Part shown: one piece after another, positions 57,191 to 64,000 of the stretch
Position numbering within the stretch: the first letter of the stretch is position 1
Layout: every line of letters begins with the position of its first letter
Source: an uncultured virus (IMG/VR IMGVR_UViG_3300033388_000817)
Taxonomy: Duplodnaviria; Heunggongvirae; Uroviricota; Caudoviricetes; Crassvirales
Strand: one strand, 5' to 3'
Virus record (IMG/VR): IMGVR_UViG_3300033388_000817
DNA: 64,000 nucleotides
Notes under the pieces: model-generated
What the model was told of the DNA's origin: nothing
The model's input: only the letters and a program-made list of their open reading frames with translations
Database searches by the model: none
Translations under genes and position numbers: made by a program

Positions 57191-57832
57191 TTAAAGTTTA
57201 TTATTGTATAAGTGCATGTTGTGAGCATGGTGGTAATACCACCCGGTTTCAATAGACAGTCTGTCTGCAATCATATTTTGTAAAGACGCAAATTGATATT
57301 GATCATTACAAAAACCGTACCAGATGTCATTAGAACGCATATAAACAGACATACACAGTTTGTTATTAATTATTGTAAACTGTACCGCATATGTACAAGG
57401 AGTATCTTTACTGTATTTATCATATTCCTTAGCATCGTATATACTTATAGCAGCGTGTCTAGTATCTTTATCGTCTCTAAGTTTAGCAACAACATAATCT
57501 ATTTGATTGTTACGCTTCCATTGATAACCATAATTGCTATTTACATTGCCGTTACTATCAGCCATACGTTCCCATATAGGTGGCACTTTACCATACAATT
57601 CAGCTAGCTTATTAATACTAGGATCACCAGATAAATACCAAGACCACTCGGCAGCTGCGTACTTTTTATTCCAATTACGCTGGGCGTTTGTTATCGCTTT
57701 ATCTGAAGGATTATCTATATAAAAGCCACAATTAAATATAGCTTTAGTATCACCAAAATCTATACCGTGTTGTAGTATTTCATCTAATACATTTTCATAA
57801 GCTTCATTTGCGTTTTTAAATCTTTTTTTCAT
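57191..57832 (-). CDS. thymidylate-synthase-fold enzyme, dCMP hydroxymethylase/methylase-like
   Basis: NYGYQW, DTPCT, MRSNDIWYGFCND, NMHLY; likely start 57832. Confidence 0.85.
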   Translation of the reverse strand: MKKRFKNANEAYENVLDEILQHGIDFGDTKAIFNCGFYIDNPSDKAITNAQRNWNKKYAAAEWSWYLSGDPSINKLAELYGKVPPIWERMADSNGNVNSNYGYQWKRNNQIDYVVAKLRDDKDTRHAAISIYDAKEYDKYSKDTPCTYAVQFTIINNKLCMSVYMRSNDIWYGFCNDQYQFASLQNMIADRLSIETGWYYHHAHNMHLYNNKL

Positions 57833-58070
57833 ATTTATTATAGTAGTATTTATAAAATTCGTATAACTTAATCCATATAGTTGTCGGACCATATGCTTCT
57901 GGTGATCTATTTACCTTGCCACCATTGTTGATCTCTATATACCAGCTCCCGTTCCCAGTCGCAAATGGAGATATAAATATCTTGTTCCTTATACACCAAA
58001 TGTATGCCTTCGTGTCTTCCGAAGACTGAGTGTAGTGACCCATGGTGTTCTTTTGTTTTTTTGCTGGCAT
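57816..58070 (-). CDS. hypothetical protein
   Basis: 84-aa ORF in operon. Confidence 0.7.
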   Translation of the reverse strand: MPAKKQKNTMGHYTQSSEDTKAYIWCIRNKIFISPFATGNGSWYIEINNGGKVNRSPEAYGPTTIWIKLYEFYKYYYNKYEKKI

Positions 58071-59748
58071 CTATTCCCATGGCATTGGTTCGTTGTTAAT
58101 ACTCACTGGTTCATGAGGTATAAAACAACCTGATTTTGGCTCCCATTTAAAATGAGCTTCAGCACCATTTTCACCAAGGTTTTGAAACTTAACTTTTAAA
58201 ACTTTAGCTTTAACTGTTTTGGCTTCATAATCTCTGTGAACTAATATGCCGTGATAACTAGCATCATACCATTCACCACCACCTTTAATGTTGTACATTG
58301 TTGGTTCTTCCATTTTACCATCTTTGTCTTTATACATTTTAGTCGGGTGAGCTACAACAAAAACTAAAACATCAAACTTTTTAGCAAATACTTCTATCTT
58401 AGTTAAATATTCCATTGTATACCTATTAACGTCTTCTGTCTTACAGTCAACGTCTCTAACTTTATTAAACGGATCTATAACGAGGCATTTAATACCTTTA
58501 CGTTTAACTAGTTCAGCTCCTTTACGTAATACAGATTCTAACGTGTAGCGTTCCATGTCAATATGGAAGTAATTAGTATTACAATGATTTGCTATTTGAT
58601 TCCATTTATCACCGTGTATATCTGCTGACGTTGGCATACCTTCCCAGGTTTTACGCATTAGCTTGTGAGCATGAAGATACGTCGGCGCATTCTCTGGTGA
58701 CGCAAAAGCCGTTTTCCAACCGTAGTTACGATTATACCCGACAACCATTTGATCAACAAAGTCTGATTTGCCGCTACTAGGTATACCAGTGACAGTAATA
58801 AATTGACCGGTATAAGTAGAAAATATGTCGTCAAAATTGGATAAACCAACTTGATATCCTTTCTTAAAGCCATTGCGGACAAAGTCAGTAACCTCATCTT
58901 CAATATCCTTGAATGTTGTAACATTTTCGAGTGGTACGGGTCTCGCGGAGGTAATACGCTGTACCAGTTTTTCTTTTCCATGTTTTTGTAAGTATTCATT
59001 AGCATCTTTACAGTCGTCAAACGTTGCTAAGTAACAAACTTCAGCTCCAAGTCTACGGACTAATTCTGATTGTAATGCTTGCCCTGCTTCATCTGAGTCA
59101 ACTGCTAATATGATTTTTTCTTTGTCTTCAAAGTAATCAATACAATTATCAAGATAATCTAAGTTGTTATTATTAAGAGTAGCTCCATTAGGAACAGATA
59201 CAACATTTGGTATACCTGCTTCGTGTAAAGCTAACACATCCATTTCACCTTCTGTTATGATACAATATTCATAACCTACTATGCTATTTATATTATAGAA
59301 TACTTTTTCAGCACCCTTATATAATTTAAAGTTTTTTCTTCCATCACGATACTTAACATTAATAAGTTGATCACCCATGAAATAATTAAACTGTATTGTA
59401 TTCTCGGTCTTACCGGTTTGTGGCATATACTCAGAACCTTCACCAACTTCTAAGTCGATCAAGGTCTGAGATCCTATACCTCTTGTTTTAAACCATTCAA
59501 TTACTTTATCACTTAAAAATTCAGGGTATTCGGTATTGCTAGGCGGACCTGGTGGTCTTACGTATTCTTTTTCACTAGCTCCTTTACGTTGATAAGTGTG
59601 TAACTGAAATGATGTGTTACAATTATGACAAGTACCGAGACCCCGTTCCCAATCATAAGACGCGCATTTAGCCTTTTGATTCTTGGGTTTTCTATCGTGA
59701 GAACAAAGAGGGCATATACCCTGCTTCTTTCCCTCTTCATGTCTGCAT
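58071..59748 (-). CDS. T7 gp4-like primase-helicase (frame break near the N-terminus)
   Basis: Zn finger CPLC...CHNC in frame upstream of 59462; TOPRIM ITEGEMD, DSDEAG, KDANE; Walker A GIPSSGKS. Confidence 0.9.
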
Positions 59749-59757
59749 TTAATTTAA

Positions 59758-60063
59758 TTAAAATGGTAAATCATCATCTTTTCTATATATTTCCCCCTGC
59801 TTAGGTTGGTCTTGTCTTGGTGCTGGTTCAACATTAGTACCATTAGTCCACACAACTTGTACGTTTCCTAAATATACTTTAGCAACTTTAGCCTCTCTTT
59901 CTTCCTTTGATTGTGCTACAACCACAGGACCGCTATTACCAAATTGATCTAACTCATCATTTATGGTTATTGTTATCGGTAGGTATTTACCTTTTTTACC
60001 TTCAATTATTTTATCCTTAGGTATATTGTTAAGGTTAATACTAGTTTTAATTATACTTGCCAT
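59758..60063 (-). CDS. putative single-stranded DNA-binding protein
   Basis: Small beta-type protein with acidic C-terminal tail DDDLPF. Confidence 0.7.
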   Translation of the reverse strand: MASIIKTSINLNNIPKDKIIEGKKGKYLPITITINDELDQFGNSGPVVVAQSKEEREAKVAKVYLGNVQVVWTNGTNVEPAPRQDQPKQGEIYRKDDDLPF

Positions 60064-60242
60064 TATGCATATTGATTTATTTGATTAAACATCCTAGCTA
60101 ACTGATCTTTTGTCGCGTTAGTAGTTCTTCTTATATTGTCTACAGCTTTTACGTGCGTTTGGTTTTTGTAAAAATTATTTACATCAGTTTCTAATCCTGT
60201 TACACTGCACACTTTTGTTTGGTTTTTTCTGGTTCTTGCCAT
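60063..60242 (-). CDS. small hypothetical protein
   Basis: Likely start MARTRKNQTKVCSVTG at 60242. Confidence 0.6.
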   Translation of the reverse strand: MARTRKNQTKVCSVTGLETDVNNFYKNQTHVKAVDNIRRTTNATKDQLARMFNQINQYA

Positions 60243-60243
60243 A

Positions 60244-60975
60244 TTATAAGGTTTTATTAATAAAATATTGGGTAGGATCAAAGCCTTCAGACTTATAAAA
60301 TAACTCATAAGCCTGAACTGCTCTTTCAACTTTGTCCTTACCACGTTCATAAAATTCTGGTGAGCAGTCAAATATACCTATTTGGCCTGTATTTTTATCA
60401 ATGGCAATAAATACCATTTCATAACCAAATAGTTTACTATAAATATAAGCTTGTGAGTCATAATTATACTTGGAAGCTGAATATTTAAATTTATTAAGAT
60501 CTGCTGTCGTCTTTAAATCAACAACTAGCTTTTCTGAATGATTTATAATATCTGCTTTACCTTTCCATTTATGACCTTCAAGTTCTGTAATGCCAGGCAC
60601 TTCATATTCGCATTGCCCTTCGCGTATAAGATCATAACATATTTTATTAGCTAACATTTTATCTGTTAGTTTTTCTATATTATCAACCTCATGTTGCAGC
60701 AGGCACAACTCACCGCCTGACATCTCTTTATACACTTTTGTGTTTCTAGTTGTAGCCTCTATAATCTTAAACTTTTTAAGTTTGTCAGGTTCTAGAATAG
60801 CTGTATGGAAATAACCACCAACTAAAAACGCGGGTCTAGCTTCTGATGCTTTACCTAGCGCTAAAGGGTTTGTAAGCAAGGTACTGATATCTGAGTTACT
60901 AAGATACTTTTTACCAAAGGCACCGTAGTAATGTTCGTCATCACGTAGCTTTTCAATTGCTTTTTCTTTATTCAT
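60244..60975 (-). CDS. PD-(D/E)XK exonuclease (RecE/DUF3799-like)
   Basis: LSNSDI, GGYFHTAILEP, KGKADI, VDLKTT, YDSQAYIY. Confidence 0.85.
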   Translation of the reverse strand: MNKEKAIEKLRDDEHYYGAFGKKYLSNSDISTLLTNPLALGKASEARPAFLVGGYFHTAILEPDKLKKFKIIEATTRNTKVYKEMSGGELCLLQHEVDNIEKLTDKMLANKICYDLIREGQCEYEVPGITELEGHKWKGKADIINHSEKLVVDLKTTADLNKFKYSASKYNYDSQAYIYSKLFGYEMVFIAIDKNTGQIGIFDCSPEFYERGKDKVERAVQAYELFYKSEGFDPTQYFINKTL

Positions 60976-60976
60976 A

Positions 60977-61525
60977 TTATAGTGTTGTTAACGCTCCTTC
61001 TATTTCTTTAGATAGAGCATATTTAGCTTTTATAGCTGATACTTTACCACCTGCTGTTACATACTGTACTGCTTTTTCATAGGCAGGATCTTTTTTAGAT
61101 GTTAAGGTTGGTTTTTTTGGCTCGAACTTCTTCTTACCGTGATCATTAGTAGCATCACTATCCGCTGTATCATCAATTAAGAATAAATTACCCAATGCAT
61201 ATTTCTTAGCATACGAAGATGCTGATCCAAATTGCTGAGGTGTATTCATACCTTTTTGATTTAAGTCTACGCCAACTATAGCTGTAGCTTCTATAAAATC
61301 TTTACCATCTGTTATAGTAGCTGTTGATGTCATAATAGGTAAACCTACCACTTCATCAAGCCTTTCGTTTATTGTAACTGATACTCCTAATTCTAATAAA
61401 AAGGGTTTTGTTGCTTCTAGGATGTCTTCGGCTGATCTGAAGTTGTATTTGCCGAAAGAGTTAAATCTGCTTTTTTTAGATTTAAACTTTGTTTGGATTG
61501 TCGCTAATTTTTCGTTTATATTCAT
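60977..61525 (-). CDS. ERF-family ssDNA annealing protein
   Basis: NSFGKYNFRSAEDIL, QQFGSASSYAKKYAL..LFLIDD. Confidence 0.9.
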   Translation of the reverse strand: MNINEKLATIQTKFKSKKSRFNSFGKYNFRSAEDILEATKPFLLELGVSVTINERLDEVVGLPIMTSTATITDGKDFIEATAIVGVDLNQKGMNTPQQFGSASSYAKKYALGNLFLIDDTADSDATNDHGKKKFEPKKPTLTSKKDPAYEKAVQYVTAGGKVSAIKAKYALSKEIEGALTTL

Positions 61526-61590
61526 TCGTTCGTTTTTAAATTTGCTTATTATTATAATTACATGTTTTATTTTAGATTTACATACATAAC

Positions 61591-62346
61591 CTACAGATAA
61601 TCAAGCACTTGCGAGTGATCTACATTGTCTATTAATTTTTGTACTGCTTGTCTTTTTAATTCAGAAACACGTACATAAGCACTTGCACCTCTAATGTTAA
61701 GTTTGTTAGCTATATAGTTACCAGAATGTTTATCACAGTCTAGACCATATGAAAGCCTTAGTACTTCATATTCAATTTTTGTTAAATATTTTTCCATTAA
61801 ACTTTTTAAGTATAAATTTAATAACTGTATGTTATAAGGTTCAGACTTATCAGGTAATTGATACATCATATTTTCACCGTGCTCATTAACAGGTTGATTA
61901 TCTATAGATAAAAACGTACTATTAAAAAACATAGCTACGGCTATTTTGTCTTTAGGATTTTTACGTATTTCATTGAGTTTATGTTCTGGTATACGCATAT
62001 CACCTCTAGCCATATCAATTCTTCTTCTTATTGCTCCTTTAATACGTTTGCTAAAAAAACTTTTTAATGTTTTTTCTACATCTTCAGAATCTTCTAACAT
62101 GAGCCAATCTAATTTATCTACTCCCTTTGTTAAACCTTCACCACCACATTGTATTAAGTCCATTATGGTTAATACGCCTGAAGCTTGTTGTGATGTTGAA
62201 AATTTTCTAGCTAAGTTTTCTACTAATGGCATGAATTTAATAATTAACTCATCTCGTGAATAATAATCATAAAATTTATCTGGAGGCATAGAGGATTTTA
62301 AATCTTCTTTGTACCTTATATAGTTTTGTATGTTATATTTCTTCAT
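61591..62346 (-). CDS. phage-encoded sigma70-family RNA polymerase sigma factor
   Basis: Region 2: LIIKFMPLVENLARKF...DLIQCG..GL...RIKGAIRR; region 4: EVLRLSYGL...IANKLNI...RVSELKRQAVQKL. Confidence 0.88.
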   Translation of the reverse strand: MKKYNIQNYIRYKEDLKSSMPPDKFYDYYSRDELIIKFMPLVENLARKFSTSQQASGVLTIMDLIQCGGEGLTKGVDKLDWLMLEDSEDVEKTLKSFFSKRIKGAIRRRIDMARGDMRIPEHKLNEIRKNPKDKIAVAMFFNSTFLSIDNQPVNEHGENMMYQLPDKSEPYNIQLLNLYLKSLMEKYLTKIEYEVLRLSYGLDCDKHSGNYIANKLNIRGASAYVRVSELKRQAVQKLIDNVDHSQVLDYL

Positions 62347-62947
62347 TTAGTATTTTTATTTCTTGTTTTAACTCATCATTTATATGACGATATATCGTTC
62401 TTTTAGACACGTCTAATAATCCAGCTATTCTACTAATACAAATATGTTTACCAAGATCGTTAAGATCAAGCATACATTGATATATAGCTTCTTCATCAAC
62501 TCGTGATGATCTACCTATTAACCTACCTACTATACTAAGCTTTTCACTTATAGTTAGCATGCTATAGTCTTTAAATATTACTTTACGTATTTTATTAACA
62601 GGAGGTTCGCCACCTGTTTTAAAAACATCATCTATCATATCGTTTAATACTTTTTTACTAATAAAAAACGTTACAAAACCGTTATCTTTATTGGCTATAA
62701 ATTCATAAACATGTGATGGCAACAAGCCATTTTCTTGATTTAAATAATATAGCACTAAAAAATGCCATTTTAAAGATTTGTATGTAGTTATTTTAGCTTT
62801 AGTATTAAACAAACTATAATGCTCGTGTGTGCCATTTTCAAAGAACATGTATTGATTGGTTTCAATAGTAGGTTTGTCATTAATAGGAAACTGCCTATAA
62901 ATAACACGTCTATCATTTAACCATTTTATATTTCTTTCTTGTGACAT
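62333..62947 (-). CDS. HTH DNA-binding protein
   Basis: C-terminal ISRIAGLLDVSKRTIYRHI helix-turn-helix. Confidence 0.75.
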   Translation of the reverse strand: MSQERNIKWLNDRRVIYRQFPINDKPTIETNQYMFFENGTHEHYSLFNTKAKITTYKSLKWHFLVLYYLNQENGLLPSHVYEFIANKDNGFVTFFISKKVLNDMIDDVFKTGGEPPVNKIRKVIFKDYSMLTISEKLSIVGRLIGRSSRVDEEAIYQCMLDLNDLGKHICISRIAGLLDVSKRTIYRHINDELKQEIKILNEEI

Positions 62948-62986
62948 TTGCTTATTACTTATTTAACTTATAAGGGCTGTTGTCAC
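62941..62986 (-). promoter_or_regulatory. second copy of the GTGACA...TGTCAC element
   Basis: Minus strand GTGACAACAGCCCTTATAAGTTAAATAAGTAATAAGCAAATGTCAC; overlaps the HTH gene start codon. Confidence 0.65.
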
Positions 62987-63177
62987 AACCCCAGGTATTT
63001 CAATCTTCGATTGTATTTTAAAAAAAGCTTTGCTTTTAATTGTGCTAAATGATAATCACCATTTAACGTGTGCAAAACTATATCGCTATGCATATTTGCT
63101 ATTGCTATTTCTAGTTTGTTTTTGTGCGCTTTTTTTCTTCGGCTTTCTGTAAGATTTAATCTTATCGTTAATTCCAT
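62983..63177 (-). CDS. hypothetical protein
   Basis: 64-aa ORF in operon. Confidence 0.65.
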   Translation of the reverse strand: MELTIRLNLTESRRKKAHKNKLEIAIANMHSDIVLHTLNGDYHLAQLKAKLFLKYNRRLKYLGL

Positions 63178-63674
63178 TGTAATTCGTTTTTATTAAGTGG
63201 TCTACTAATCTTTTGCTCATTTTTTCCTTTTATTAATTGTTTTTCTTGTTCGTAATAATTCCAATAAGCTGATATGCTATCACCTTCAACTTTATACTCA
63301 TCTGGCATACACTGAGGTGGTTCTGTAAAGAAACCGTCAGGCATGCCATTAGGTACAAACATTAAAGGTACTTTGCATTTAGTTATTGTTAAATGTGTTT
63401 TACCATATCGCTTAGTATACTCATCGCCAAGCGCAATCATATGTTTATATAACCACAAATATTGGCTTTTATTGCCTCTAGTCCATATAGTTGATGGATG
63501 ATTGTAGTGGGCTTTTTTGTATGGTACAAAAGTTTTGTAATTATATGATTCCGCATAATGATGATGTGCTGTACAAAGCATCTGGGCTGATTCTAAGACC
63601 ATTTTGACCACATGTTTGTTGTATTGTATCTGTGCAGCTTTAACTGGATCAGAGTCTAAATAAAATATATTCAT
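63168..63674 (-). CDS. pyrimidine-dimer DNA glycosylase (DenV-like family)
   Basis: MNIFYLD...KHVVKMVLESAQML...HYNHPS..W...EYTKRYGKTH...PQCMPDEYK. Confidence 0.85.
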   Translation of the reverse strand: MNIFYLDSDPVKAAQIQYNKHVVKMVLESAQMLCTAHHHYAESYNYKTFVPYKKAHYNHPSTIWTRGNKSQYLWLYKHMIALGDEYTKRYGKTHLTITKCKVPLMFVPNGMPDGFFTEPPQCMPDEYKVEGDSISAYWNYYEQEKQLIKGKNEQKISRPLNKNELQWN

Positions 63675-64000
63675 CTATATCTTTTATTATTTATTCTATT
63701 ATAATATTGATCTAATAATAAGTGTACTACTTCTTCGCTTATCATGTTTTCGTTGTATAGTTTCCATATTAGTTTACTCATAAAATTCTTTTATAGTTTC
63801 TTCGTGGTAGCCCATTGCTCTTACTATTTCTAGCCACATATCATGTAGCTGCTCTAAAGTTACATCTGAATGATCTACCTGTGTAGATATTTTTTTATTA
63901 TAAAACTCTAAAGTGATTTTGGTTGGTTCTATTTTATTCATAATCCTGATTTTTTAAGGAAGTAATTGTATACTTCTGGTATATGCTTTTTGTAATAAGG

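Noticed and set aside
6092..62263. Many antisense or alternate-frame ORFs in the track (e.g. 6092-6451, 44523-44942, 52084-52479, 61946-62263)
   Set aside because: Shadows of well-supported genes with biased codon usage; no independent start signals.
4729..63674. Stop-codon reassignment
   Set aside because: Long genes translate fully with the standard bacterial code and TAG is used as a real stop (e.g. capsid, groEL); the breaks seen are frame changes, not in-frame stops.

Overview
The window is a large part, possibly most, of the genome of a tailed dsDNA phage. It is probably a podovirus of marine Bacteroidota (Flavobacteria), inferred from A-rich translation starts without Shine-Dalgarno and a Bacteroidota-type signal peptide. 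It has three blocks. (1) Positions 1-4260, minus strand: very small putative early genes, driven by six copies of an exactly spaced 32-bp promoter-like motif and interleaved with non-coding RNA elements. (2) Positions 4729-51541, plus strand: morphogenesis and lysis genes (tail fibres, GroEL/GroES, terminase, portal, scaffold, major capsid protein, tail proteins, a giant internal virion protein, amidase, holins). (3) Positions 51623-64000, minus strand: nucleotide metabolism, replication and regulation (class I RNR, 2OG-Fe(II) oxygenase, endonuclease, MazG-like proteins, a ThyA-fold enzyme with the dCMP-hydroxymethylase Asp, primase-helicase, RecE/ERF, a sigma factor, an HTH protein, a DenV-like glycosylase). 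The most striking signal is a gene-free ~610-nt stretch (589-1195) tiled almost without gaps by seven self-closed RNA structure modules. Two of these are anticodon-less tRNA/tmRNA-like RNAs, and two further ~42-nt mini-tRNAs lie at 3021-3064 and 3597-3642. All product calls come from motif recognition by eye and all RNA structures from manual pairing; no database search or folding was run.
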